Both the position numbers and the translations under genes were made by a program. A stretch of 51,130 nucleotides of DNA, counting the filler, from Catajapyx aquilonaris (taxonomy: Eukaryota): NCBI GenBank assembly GCA_000934665.2. It is 3 parts of 3 records of this genome, joined end to end, with 100 filler letters (N's around TTAATTAATTAA, not from the genome) between each part and the next. Parts side by side here need not be neighbours in the genome. Positions count along the whole stretch, not along the records: positions 17,076 to 34,051 come from KZ539635.1; positions 34,152 to 51,130 come from JYFJ02007067.1; 1 more part is not named here. One strand, given 5' to 3'. The notes beneath the pieces are model-generated. The model searched no databases. It had not been told where the DNA came from and worked only from the letters and a program-made list of their open reading frames with translations. Of this stretch, positions 26,036 through 38,222 are shown one piece after another; within the stretch, counting starts at the first letter, position 1, and every line of letters begins with the position of its first letter.

Positions 26036-27379
26036 TTGGATTTAAAGAACCACGAGAGGGCAAGGGTGTACATTTAAAACAGACAATTTATCTACTCAAA
26101 TATGAAATATATGTTTGTTGATGCGATACAATCTCCATTTCCATAGATCTAACCTGTTAAAAAAGTAAAACCATAGCAATGTGATTAGATCCTTTTACCA
26201 TTTTGGCAAAATTGCAAAGCATGTCAAGTTGCCAATGTTGCAATGCTTTGCAATGTTGCAATGTGCGTGACTAGATTACGTTGTGCTATATTACACTAAA
26301 AATTTTTAAAATACAGTTGTTTTAGTAGGTTTAATATGAAAGTACCCAGCTCGCTTTCTGGCGGGAATAGACGGCGATACTTTTAAATACTTAAAAAAAA
26401 ACTTAGTGTAATTGAGTAGGCTACGGTGTAATCTTATCACGTACATGTCGGGCTTGCCGTCGATACATTTGCGAATTAATTCGGATTATAAACAGCTGAG
26501 ATAACAGAGGTGTGCAATTAACTTCATTACGATTATAGAAATGGCGATCTCAATGTTTCAAATATATCATTAGTTAGACAAAGTATGTTGTGCACTACCT
26601 AGGGTTCACAGGGGGGATTTTTTTGGCCTCTTGAAAGTGTCATAAAAAAAATTCACTTTGCGGTGCAACGTCGCCAACTAGTCAAAAAAATGACACTTTT
26701 CCGCCTTCTTTTTACGATAGGAAATTAGAAACTGACGATAAGAAAACAACTCGCATATATGTAACGTATGGATTTAAACAACCTTTCTAACGATACATAC
26801 CATTATTTTTGGGGGGATAATTTGCCTGAGAGTTGTTTCGAGTCAAACACAGGGCTCTATATTAAATAAACGGATAGTGAAAGTTTCGGGGAATAAATAA
26901 GTCGGATACATAAAAACCTGCTAATGAGCTAGAATGAAGATATTTTCAATAATTTTATATGCACAAATAGGTTATCTACATGGTACAATTCAGAAATGCT
27001 GTCAGAAATGCAAAATAATGCGCAATTTAAATCGATGACCGGATTAAGAAAAAAGGGCAGCTTGCTTAACTGGAAGATTAAGATAAGGCTTTGGCCGGTG
27101 CCAAAGGGATTAGCAGCCCCCCCCTCAGAACTTCCAGAGACAATAGACCACGGAGCCTTGAGTCATCCATGACTCAAGGCTCCGTGCAATAGACGCCGTT
27201 GCAAAATCAGGCTCGGAAGAAACCCCACCGATAGCAGTCATATTCCTGTTCATAACGAGTTGTTGGACACCCTCAAAATTCTCCCGCCCCTGGCTAAAAT
27301 GGCGACCCCTTCCTGATTCACCTATTGTCTTCCAAAAGCTTTTAACGCGTGATTCTAGACACTGGTCAAGTTGTGACAG

Positions 27380-27440
27380 GTAAAACCTGGTGACACAGCC
27401 GGGTGCCAATCACGTGGTAATGACAGAATCTGGGAGACAA
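27380..27440. promoter_or_regulatory. Candidate promoter element: adjacent CCAAT box and E-box between divergent PP1 and kinase B
   Basis: CCAAT (27406-27410) is directly followed by CACGTG (27411-27416) in a CpG-richer stretch ~180 bp upstream of the kinase B ATG. Confidence 0.35.
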
Positions 27441-27597
27441 TGAGCCATCACCCGAAAACCGGACTTCTTGGCCCACCCTTCCATGCCTCGTCCCACTAGC
27501 CGGACAGAAGTAGACGGAGAAGGACGTTGCTTTGGGTTGCGCTGTCGTCTCGTACCGTCATTTGCATTGTTGCACTGTACTTCGGAGACTGTTGGAG

Positions 27598-29878
27598 ATG
27601 GCCTTCAGGATGCCTGGAGCACGGTTGACCAGCGCAGAGCCAGCCAAGGTTAGTAGTGATCATTTTTGTCATCTTTTCGACGTACTGTTCCGCTCATAAA
27701 TAATTATTTCGCCCATTGCACCATTCTTTATGAGAGGTATTGTAGAGTACCTCACCACTACTTAAAAAGCTATAGTCTTAATAACAATGTCACGGTCCTT
27801 GAGGCAGACATTTCGTATTGAAATGTAGCAAGTTGCAGAGGAGGCGTCGAAATGTCGCGTCGACCATTCATACCAGTCAGCCCCCTTATCTTTTCTGGAT
27901 ACTTCTGCTGTCCCCTGTCCCCTTTGCCACTTTCCCACCGGACTATTTTCCCACGCTATCTCTTGGAACTCACTCACATATTATTGCTTAAATAATTTTT
28001 AAAAACTCATTTGGGGCTTTTTAAATGCTCATTTTAGCACTGGTAATGTTACATTTTCGTAGGTGTGTTTATTAGATGCTTTTATCGCAGAAGATTTTTT
28101 TAACTAGTCGGCTCTTGTAATCGAGCAAGAAAAAAAATCGCTGGTCCTTTTTGTGACATATATAAGTTTAGACTAATAATGTGAATATTTGTTTCCATTT
28201 TCAGGAGGTGTCCACTATCAAGACTTGGAGTGGGGCCGAATATTCTGTGAAGAATGTGTTGGGAAGGGGCATGTTTGGCTCTGTGTACAGACTGACGAGG
28301 ATCAACTGCACCAGAGAAGATCTGCTGCTTCACCCAACGCAAGTGGCATTCAAGATCCAGACAGACGTGAATCAGAATATGGAGAGATGGACCAGGGAAG
28401 TCAACATCATGGAACTCCTCCAGGGATCCGTGTCCGATGGGAGACCCATGGCCAGGTCAGCAGGAGGGAGCGAAGGAGGTGACCACCACAACATCATCCG
28501 TCTGATTGAATCCTACGAGTACTCAACCTCTGGCATGATGGTTCTGGAGCTGATGCCAACCAACCTGTGGGACCTTATCTTCCTTCAGCCTGGGAAGATG
28601 TTCACTCCATGGCAAACCTCTGTCATCACGAGGCAACTCCTGATTGCACTCGCCTGGTTGAAGGTAATGGAAACAATATTTTTGTTAAGGGTTAGCATGA
28701 CAGGGTCTGACGTGCCACAATTCATCATTTCATAATTAAAAATAATTTTATTTTGCACTTATTAATTTTTCCTTATTTATAGTACCATATCATGTTTTAA
28801 CACTGCTTAGTTTTAGTAATATGAATGTAACATGTTGGGACGGTTGCCTGGAAATCATCGCCATTAAAAAAAATTAAGGAACATTTCCACCTGACTTTTC
28901 TTAAACTTTCCGCTGCTTTCCAATATTAGTGCAAATAAGTGACATGCTGAATTATTAGTGGAATCACTGTTTGCGATGCATGAAAATTGCCATACTGACT
29001 TGATTAAATTTTCACAGGAGAAAGGTGTGGTCCACTCTGATTTGAAGCTTGATAACGTGCTAGTTGACCCGTCCGACACGAAGCTGCGGGTCAAGCTTGC
29101 AGACTTCGGAGTAGCCTGGCACACATCATCAGCATCGGAAATGCATGGGAGACTGATGCAACCTCGACTGGCCAGGGCACCTGAAGTTTGTGTTGGTAAG
29201 CAAGAGTCATCACTTCTCTCAAGTAAAGCTATGTCACACTCCATTTAAATTACATTAATAATGGTATTATTTTAACCAGGTGCTCCAGTGAATGAAGCGA
29301 TTGACATGTGGAGCCTGGGCTGCCTTGCTGCCACCATGTATTTCGGGGTGGACCATCTGATGTTCAGGGATTGGGACGATGACCTCCTCATCCTGCACCT
29401 GAGGATTAACCTATTTGGAAGAATCCCGAGATGGGTCCTGAGAAATGGCCGCAGGACACTGGATTATTTCAACTGGCTCGTTTGCAGGAAATATGTTATC
29501 AAGGTAGAGTCAAAGTTTCAACTGCCTGCAACTTATTGTCATTTATCATCTGCACTAAAGGTTCATGGTTGTTCATGATGTGTCTTGGTTATTTACAGGG
29601 GCAGGAAGACGTGGCTTTGGAGGCCAAGATGATACAAGACAAGTGCGGAATACACGGCCTGTTTGACATCCCACACATCTTCTTTGGAAAGTTCCTGTTC
29701 AGATGCCTTGACATGGAACCGGTGAGTTTCTACACCCCACTTATTATTACCAATTTACCATGTATGTTAAAATGTAAAATGCGACTACAACTCCTTCTTT
29801 TTACAGCGGACACGCTTGGTTCCTGCCGATGCCTTGCTGATGCCTTTCGTACGAGATCTGCCCGAGGAGTATTGGTGA
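27598..29878 (+). CDS. HIPK/DYRK-related (CMGC) protein kinase, kinase-domain-only, ~368 aa (kinase B, paralog of kinase A)
   Basis: Six phase-compatible exons: 27598-27648, 28205-28663, 29018-29195, 29280-29503, 29599-29721, 29807-29878 (TGA). Motifs: GRGMFGSV, VAFK, HSDLKLDN, LVDPSDTKLRVKLADFG, RAPE, EAIDMWSLGC, CLDMEPRTRLVPADALLMPF. Intron positions and phases match kinase A (exon 3 is 178 nt in both). Confidence 0.92.
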
Positions 29879-31234
29879 AGTATCAGTGTCATGCAACAGG
29901 ATTATTTCACTCTGGTGGGTCCCTGCAGTGGAAAGAGATTGTGCCAGGAAATGGTACAATAGTTTGAATGACTCATGATGAGTTTGAAGTTAAGTTACGA
30001 GGTAACTCTTGTCATTATTTTTAACTTGCTGCCATTACAAAATGGGTAACAAATGACAAAACAGAAATGTCAGTCCACTTATGATATTATGTGATTCTTT
30101 TTGGTTACAATAATTAGAATGCTCACATTGAGCATGTTGGTGTGAGCTATGTTGATGAGGGTTTAAGGAAAATTGAAATTTAATTTACAAGATTTCATAA
30201 CAAACAGCATTGGTCGGATACCTAATCTCACGGGAAGAAGTAGCCAAACAAGTCACATCTATGGAGGCATACTTTTTTGCATACCTCACAGCCATTATGT
30301 AATGGTAGCTGAATATTTGCAATTGCTTGTATTTTTCCCTACATGATTTTAAAATACTGTATAACTTGCCACAATTCTCCGCACTCTAGGCCTGAATATG
30401 AGTATTTTGCATTTGTGTCACATGTTGACACAATAACATCCGATGGATGTTTGTGCGCATTTTATGACATTCCTCTTGCATCACATGTATTATTTTGATA
30501 ACTCAGTAATTTTGAATATGGCAGATTAATGTGGTGTGAGTCGAGTGCTCAGAATGTTGGACATAATTTGTGTAAAGAGTATGATTCTTGTATGATTTGT
30601 ATTTCTCTATTGTGATTTGCGATGTGCACTCTACCACATTATTATTGTACATAACTTGTATATAACATACTGTATAAAATATCCTGACACTGTATCATTG
30701 ATATTAGTTACAGATTGGAATTCACGAACTGTAACTTTTATTCAAATGCTATGTCATCGTGTTAGAAGGAATTATGTTGACATTATTTTATTTCTGCTGT
30801 GTTGCTATTGCCGAGAAGGATGAATTAAAAACTGTTTTGTTTTTTTCCAACCAGTCAATCATTGCTTTATTTCACTTCAATTTTTGAGATGAATGAAGGT
30901 TTCTTTTTTGATGCAGCAGAAAGACTAGGTCTAGGAGAGTACTTCAAGGGACTGAATGCAAGAATATAATGGTCAGCTCTAAGGTACTGTACAAAGTCTT
31001 GTCTAATATTGAACTATAATTATTTTTTTACAACACTAGGGTGAATATTTTCTCAATAAGTGTACAATATATTGCAGTAAGGAAATTGCCACAGATGAGA
31101 ATATGAAGTGGCCAATACNATCTGGAAATTTCAAGTCCGCATTAGGAGTAATTAATTATTATTACTGAAGTTACTGGAGTGTACGAATGTGCATTGTTGT
31201 TCCCAGAGCTGTAGGAGTAGAAGCATTTAACTAA

Positions 31235-31931
31235 CAAGGGAACGGTCAGGGTCGAGAACCTCCGATTTGGTTGAAACTGGCTTGAGGGGCCATTCATGTT
31301 CGATAGACACAGTGGTGAAAGTGTTAGCTCGCACCTTCCAGCCGTTTCCGAGATATGAGCGACAGTAACATCCGAATTTTGGCCGCGCGCATTTGCCGGG
31401 AGCCGCTCTGCCAGCACCAAATCCCTTCTACCTTGATTCCCCCCGCCCCCTCTACTCACTTTTCGATCCCACACCACCATCCCCCACTCCCCCACCAACA
31501 TTTTCGTTTTCCATAGTTTCTTTGCTCCGGTATTTATTATGAGACCATCAAGCTGCTTTCTTTCGCTTCTGTCAACTACGAATAAAGAGCTTCTATACCT
31601 AAAATTGGGTAATGGGAAAACTAATAATAAATACCGGAGCAAAGAAACTATGGAAAACAAAAATGTTGGTGGGGGAGTGCGGGATGGTGGTGTGGGATCG
31701 AAAAAAGGGGGTAAAGGGGGCTGGGGGAATCAAGGTAGAAGGGATTTGGAGCTGGCAGAGCAACTCCCGGCAAATGCGCGCGGCCAAAATTCGGATGTTT
31801 CTGTCGCTCATATCTCGGAAACGGCTGGAAGGTGCGAGCTAACACTTTCACCACTGTGTCTATCGCACATGAATGGCCCCTCAAGCCAGTTTCAAGCAAA
31901 TCGGAGATTCTCGACCCTGACCGTTCCCTTG
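31235..31931. mobile_element. Foldback MITE with ~305-bp inverted arms, apparent TAA TSD
   Basis: TAA|CAAGGGAACGGTCAGGGTCGAGAA...TTCTCGACCCTGACCGTTCCCTTG|TAA; arms 31235-31539 and 31625-31931. Confidence 0.85.
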
Positions 31932-33618
31932 TAAGTACACTTCAATTACTACCATGATGATATTCTTTGTCTGGGTGGTCCAAAACACTCTGAATTGTCT
32001 TATAGTAGTGCTGGTCAGGCGTATCTCGTGCGACAACAATATGAGAGATAATTTTTATTGCTAAAACAGGCAAAACATCTGAAAAGAAAGGTCATTGTAA
32101 TAAGAGTTACACGTGATTTAGTGTCTGCAGAGAACTCTCCATTTATGCATTTCATGGCACTTCCTATTTCCACAAAAGACAGTCCATGAAAAGCCATTTG
32201 TGAAGTTTCAGATTCCTACTGTATTGTAAGCTGCATCTAAAGTCATGCCAAAGAGTTTCAACAATGTTTCAAGTCTCGTATGCAAATGAGGTAGGTAGTT
32301 GTATGGACCAAATAATGGGAGCTAAATATTTTCATGGTGTGTACTTTACATATGTAAGCTCTAACAAGTTATTTTGTATCACAGTAGTGTATATGAGCTG
32401 AATCATATTTTGTTACTGTACAATTATTCTGAGCTAGGTGGACGACTGCTTCCTTCGCACCGGCCAATGCTTTTACTTATTCTCCAGCCACAAACAACAA
32501 TGTGCATACACTCCAGTAACTTCCTAGGTTTTGCACTAACCCAACAGGCATGCAGTGAACACTTCCCTGCTGGCTTCTACTGGAGTCTGCACTCCAGGGC
32601 CAACTACAGCTATTTGCCTATTTTTGGCGCATTAATATTTTTTGTCAGTTGGCCTAATGATATGGCCTGTGATGCCTGTGCCTTAGGCCTGGTTGTGTAT
32701 GAACGGTGACCTTATGAAATAATATAAAATTGCACATAAATTGGGCATATTCAGTGGGAGAAAGGATACTCGATGATGTACTGTACATACAGTAGCCTAA
32801 TAATAATTCTGTTTCCTTCCCAAAGTGTACGGTGAATAATTTTTAGAGCTTGAAATTGCTGAAATGTCTACTTGTGCTAGAATATGCAGATATTTCTGTG
32901 CATCACTTTCTTTTGCCAATTAACAAGGACTCTGTTCTCTTATTTCACCCACCAATAATTGATAGGCTACTCATAGATTCTCTCCGTCACACTTTAATCA
33001 TTTCACCAAAATAGTGTAACTTTCCTACAACCACCTGAAGTCAAGCATGGCGTAGGTAATGTCTGCCTTCCCACCGTCTATGTGACCATTGGCATTTAGA
33101 AATTCATGCACTGTACTTGAAGTACACCAGCACAGACAGTCTCAACCATCCTTATACTGGGAAAGGTAGGGAAGACTTCGCCTTCCTCCTTGTACTCCAG
33201 ACATGCTAAATGACACCATTTCCGCCCTCCCCAGTTGTGGCAATGCGAAAGAACATCATCAACAGAGATGCTGGCAACCTGGCAGTATGTCAGCAGGTTC
33301 TAGTACCTCTTCAGCGTGATAAATTCATTAATAGTCCGGCGGCTTAATGCCGATATGTGGCTGAATTATGCACTTCGAGCCAAAAGCGATTTTAATTTTT
33401 TTTCGTGATGTACGCACCATAAGGAGCATTTTGAGGGTTGGAGCCACCTCCAACGGTGTCTGGTAATTGTTGTACACCCCCGCAAAGTTTTATATGTGGC
33501 CTAAGTGAAAATCGCGTGTTATCTGCGTATTTGTTGGGCTACGGTGGTCATCCTGGTGTCATTTCCCATGTTTTCAGGGTCGAGAACTCAATTCTGGCAA
33601 AATCAGGTCGTTATAAGT

Positions 33619-33912
33619 GAAACCTGTCCATAACGGACCCTGAGTGTAACGGAAACCTGTCCATTCCGAATTTTTTAAAGGACGGACATATGGACAAGGT
33701 CATGCATTCGCGGTATACTCCGTGTCGAATATAGCGGAAACCTGTCCATAACGGACCCTGAGTGTAACTGAAACCTGTCCATTCCTAATTTTTTTAAAGA
33801 ACGGACATATGGACAGGTCATGCATTCGCGGTATACTCCGAAATGAAAGCGAGTCCAGCCGGAATTTTCCGGAATGGACACGTTTCCGCTAAATACGGAA
33901 ACCTGTCCATTC
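33619..33912 (+). repeat. Tandem 118-bp duplication in a pogo/Tigger-like terminal region
   Basis: Units start at 33619 and 33737 (gaaacctgtccataacggaccctgagtgtaac...). The GAAACCTGTCCAT motif occurs five times. Related to the MITE at 35371-35546. Confidence 0.8.
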
Positions 33913-34051
33913 CGGACAGCAAAACGACACAATGACGCCACATAACGACGAAATTCACGAACGATAATTCTTACACACACCCCTGATTAAGTTTGCATCA
34001 GATTCCCTCTACATTGGCTATAAGATGACTTACCATTACATATCACCATCC

Positions 34052-34151
34052 NNNNNNNNNNNNNNNNNNNNNNNNNNNNNNNNNNNNNNNNNNNNTTAAT
34101 TAATTAANNNNNNNNNNNNNNNNNNNNNNNNNNNNNNNNNNNNNNNNNNNN
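34052..34151. other. Assembly gap: 100-nt spacer with TTAATTAATTAA linker
   Basis: Linker at 34096-34107 flanked by 44 N on each side. Confidence 0.95.
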
Positions 34152-34224
34152 GGGGTTTGAAGGGTGGCTCGATTTAATGGCGATGTTTAGCTTCCGCATT
34201 TGCTTCTCCTTCTAGGCGAAACCA

Positions 34225-34437
34225 CGAACTTATATAACACCCCTCGTATCAATGACTGTGGACTGCTCATGGATTTTGATGGTGGGAAGAAATGGGAGAG
34301 CCCCGAAAAACCCACACAATTGTTGAGGGAACCCACTGAAGCTCATTCCCCATGAGAAAATCCTTGGCTTGACCCAACATGGGACCTCTGAAACGGAAGG
34401 CTATGGTGTTAACCACGTCATTATACCACGCTCCCTC
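34225..34437 (-). mobile_element. Old diverged copy of family 1 SINE
   Basis: atggattttgatggtgggaagaaatgggagagccccgaaaaacccac is the reverse complement of the V-like core of 14687-14958. Confidence 0.55.
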
Positions 34438-35370
34438 AACAGTTCACACAGTATTATTATTTTTTATTATTTTTTATTTTACCCCATGATAGGGCTCTAA
34501 GCCCTTGTAGGCGGGTGGCACACTACCATCAGTTTCCTTGTGTGTGTGTGCGGATGTGGGTGGGTGGGGGCGCATTGCTATCCTTGTGAGGAATTTTTTT
34601 CGCGTTTTTCCTATCCTTGTGAGGAATTTTGTCATTACGAGGTAGTTTTCCTGTACCTCATAGTGAACACACGCCTCACAAGGATAGGGAAAAATCGAAA
34701 AATACCTCATAAAGACAGTAAAAATATATTTCACCAAAATTTCGTGTGTTTCCTTGTAGGTTAGGTTAGTTTTAAATTTTAAATTTTGGAAAAACCTCAC
34801 AAGGATAGGAATGCGCGCCTGTATGGGTGGGTGGGTGTGTGTGGGTGGGTGGGTGGTCTTGTCTTCAATAAGGTCTGGGGACGGAAACAGGTGTGTTACT
34901 GTAACTCTGGGGACGTTGTCCCAATTGTGGGGACATTTTCAGTCCCCACAGCTTGACCCACGAGAATATCACCATTACAGTGGGGACATGTCCCCACTAT
35001 TTCGTTTTGCAGGGTTTCACAAAAGTCCATTTCTCTCAGCCTAGGTTAGTAAGGGTAGGGTTGGTAGGGAAGGATAGTGATTTTCATAGAGTATTATTAC
35101 CAGTGCCATAGGCTACATGCTCCAGCAATGTGCAGGTGTTAAAATTGAAATACCTATTGTTATTAGCAATTTTTTGGAACTACAATATGCTTATTTTTAA
35201 GCAATTACTTTGAATTGTTCTTTTTAGTGGTTATCAAAAGTATTACCTGCTAATATTAGGTATCATAGGACCATAATTTAACACCTGCAAGGCCTAGAAA
35301 AGTTAGATATTATGACAAGTGCCTCAATCGGGAGGGTGACTACATGAAAAGATAGTAGCATAAGGATGTA

Positions 35371-35546
35371 CAGTGAAACTTGTCCATAACGGACCCTGAA
35401 TGTAGTGGTAATAACTTGTCCATTGCAGAATTATTTCCTGGAATGGTCATAGGACGTGATATGTATTTTTTGACAGATATAGCAGAAACCCATTCATAAT
35501 GGATTTTTTAGGTCCCATGCTATTCTGCTATACACAGGTTTTACTG
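35371..35546. mobile_element. pogo/Tigger-like MITE
   Basis: TA|CAGTGAAACTTGT...ACAGGTTTTACTG|TA; shares sequence with the 33619 repeat. Confidence 0.65.
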
Positions 35547-35877
35547 TATCTTACTTCTGCATTAAATTTTTTTCATCATTATTTGTTTTTCTCTCACAGC
35601 TCATCAGAACTTACAATCAGTAAAAAATGGCCCTCTTAATAAGGGTTATTCAAATGAAAATGAGCCAAGTCAGCATTTTCGAATGGGTTTCTTGCAGCAT
35701 CTTCACAAAATTAGGGTGGCACCACTGAATGATGCACTGACACTGAGAAGAAGGCGAATTGATCATGTGACATAGTGGTAATCTCACTTGGTTCAAGACA
35801 TACAGGAGTTTTATCCAGTCAGGATGGACGCGATGAATGTTGAGTTGCCAGTGGTAATACATTTTAAAACTGCAGAA

Positions 35878-36062
35878 CTAATCCACCCGGGGAGTTCACA
35901 AAATGTACCGTTTGAGACATTGCACTTGCACTTTGCACATCCCCTCCCAGTCACCCTGCCCTTGGACCAGGGTGATTCGTGAAAATAAGCCTGAAAGCAA
36001 AAAAGTTCCCCCAAAAGGGCCAATGTGGCCCATCATCGGGTAAATCCAATAATAAAATAAAA
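35878..36062 (+). mobile_element. 5'-truncated family 2 SINE
   Basis: Body matches 46110-46200; (TAAAA)n tail; 13-bp TSD TAAAACTGCAGAA at 35865-35877 and 36063-36075. Confidence 0.75.
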
Positions 36063-36234
36063 TAAAACTGCAGAAAGCACCAATATTAATCTCCTGCAAT
36101 GATTCTGTGGATGAAACTGTGACCTTCATTATGATTCCACAGCAAATACTTTAAAACATGCCCATGCAAATGTCTGTCTTTTTTTTTATCTCTTGTTTAT
36201 TTATGCTGGCATGAGTTGGGATAGCCTGCACAAC

Positions 36235-36651
36235 TTAATGATTAAGTGGATGGCTGCCTACCGGAAGGACATCACGTCCTCCCGGTAGGACGAAAAAACG
36301 CTACTTTTAAAGCGCTGTAACCTGCGAATGAGTCCTCCGAGCAGGACGTTTCCGTCATGAAACGACAGCGCATACTCCCCCGGGTTTGCAAGCAACTAAG
36401 TTGGCAAAAAAAAATCGCAAATTTGTTTCAAACATTTACAAAAAAAATTGCAAAAAATGGCGACTGTCATTTTCAAGACGAAAACTCGTGTTATTGTCCC
36501 TGCCACCTATTTTGACCCCAATGGGTCACATAAGTGGTCATAATCACAGTTTGGGCCACCCGTCCTACCGGCAGGACTTTCTTATGCTTTGGTCACACGT
36601 CCTGCTGGTAGCTCTACCAGCAGGACATGAGGCCATCCACTTAATCATTAA
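36235..36651. mobile_element. TTAA-bounded inverted-repeat element
   Basis: ttaatgattaagtggatggc ... gccatccacttaatcattaa (20-bp perfect IR) with subterminal cctaccgg/aggac repeats. Confidence 0.65.
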
Positions 36652-37879
36652 CACTGTGTTTGGCTCAGTATAGTCATTGCTGCACTTGCACCATTAAAAG
36701 TTGAATCAATCCATCAAAGTTTTGTGGCACCCACTGTGTAAATCTTCTGGTACTGCAAACAATCCTGGATAATGGTTTCCACACTCTACACTGATTCCAG
36801 CTTTTTCAGCTTCTGTCTTCCCAAATGAGGCTGTCAACCACAGCTATGAAAACATTAGTGTTCCCACAGTTTGCTGCCATTGCCTGGAATCATGAGTCAA
36901 AGCCCCTCTCAGAACCACTTACTCCATCTTTAACATAATTATGACAAAAGCATGCAGTTTTTATACATGGTACTTTATGCAGCCATGGTTTTCTGTACTC
37001 CTGACACCTTCCGTGGTTAAAAAACAGATTAGTGCTTGCTGTTCCACATTCGTTGGTTCCATCCTGATTGGACAGATCACCTGTGGAAGGTCCTGAACAT
37101 AGGTAGACTGCCACAGTGTCATGGGATGGAATCACCACTACTCACTCAGGGCATCATAACATTACAGTGGTACGACTCTGGAGCCTCATGTAAAAACCAT
37201 GTATCTCTGATTTGGCCATTTTGAGATATTGCACCTCAAAGTTCGTGATCTGCCATTAGTTCTTGCATAAATCATACTTGAAAAACTTGAATAACTTTGC
37301 AGGAAAACAAGTTAGAGAGACGTGGTTTGTACCAGTGGATAGAGCTCGAAAAGACCGGTCCAATCGTGGCCTACAAGTAAAAACCCAGTATCTTGAGTTA
37401 CATGGTTTTTGCATGAGGCTCCAGGACTAGTACCATAGAGTGGGGCGACTTCAGATGCTTTTTGGCAGGTTCTCAGCTGTCCCATGAAGACATATTAATG
37501 GAGAATACTGAATAAATTAACTTAGACAGTAGGAAATGTCCTTGATTGAAGACCATAATGTCATTCACATAAAAGTTGTTTTTTGATGCAAAAATAAATC
37601 ACCTAATAACAGAGGGCTGTAGTAGGGAAACGCGGCACCGCAGAAAGCCTTCAGAACCGCCAGGTAGGTGTGGCTGGGGGGCAGTGGCTGTGTGTCAAAG
37701 CCACAGTCAGTCAGGCAGGCAGTCAGGCAACAAGATGGCAGGAAGAAAGGAAGCGGGAAATTCAGCTGACACAATCCCCATAATGCTGCCACTGCCCCCA
37801 GCCACTACTAACCGCCAGAACCCTGCCTGGCCCGCGGAGGAGGAATTTCACCACGCCAGAAGATCAACAACAAATAGTT

Positions 37880-38222
37880 TTTAGACTTTTTCGAGAAAAA
37901 AAGTATTATAGAAGGGCTCAGTCTGTCTGTGGACAGGTATCAGGCAGACAGACAGAGCCATGCTGTAAGACTTTTTTTCGATTTTCAGGTTACGGGTTCA
38001 CTCTATCCGCCCCTTCCCCCTCGCTGCCCCCTACCCCCATCATCCCCTACCCCTGACCCCAGACCGTCCCTTTACCTCCCAGTCCCCCCCCTCCCCCATA
38101 TCACCCTTTCCCCCCTCCCTCTGCCTACCCCCTGATACCAGATACTTGTCCACAGACGGACGGATGGACAGAGCCGTGCTATAAGACTTTTTTCGATGGA
38201 CGAGAAAAGGTCTGAAAGATAT
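37880..38222. mobile_element. DINE/Helentron-associated-like repeat (GACA/GACG microsatellite plus hairpin)
   Basis: Duplicated gacagagcc(a/g)tgct(g/a)taagacttttttcgat, cagacggacggatggacag microsatellite, and terminal hairpin agacttttttcg...cgagaaaaggtct. Confidence 0.45.

Noticed and set aside
31142..31934. 172-aa and 131-aa ORFs with similar sequences on opposite strands
   Set aside because: Mirror translations of a foldback MITE's arms; no recognisable domain.
33619..33912. Regularly recurring GAAACCTGTCCAT motif resembling a CRISPR array
   Set aside because: The intervening sequences are duplicated rather than unique spacers, the context is eukaryotic, there are no cas genes, and the motif matches a MITE terminus.
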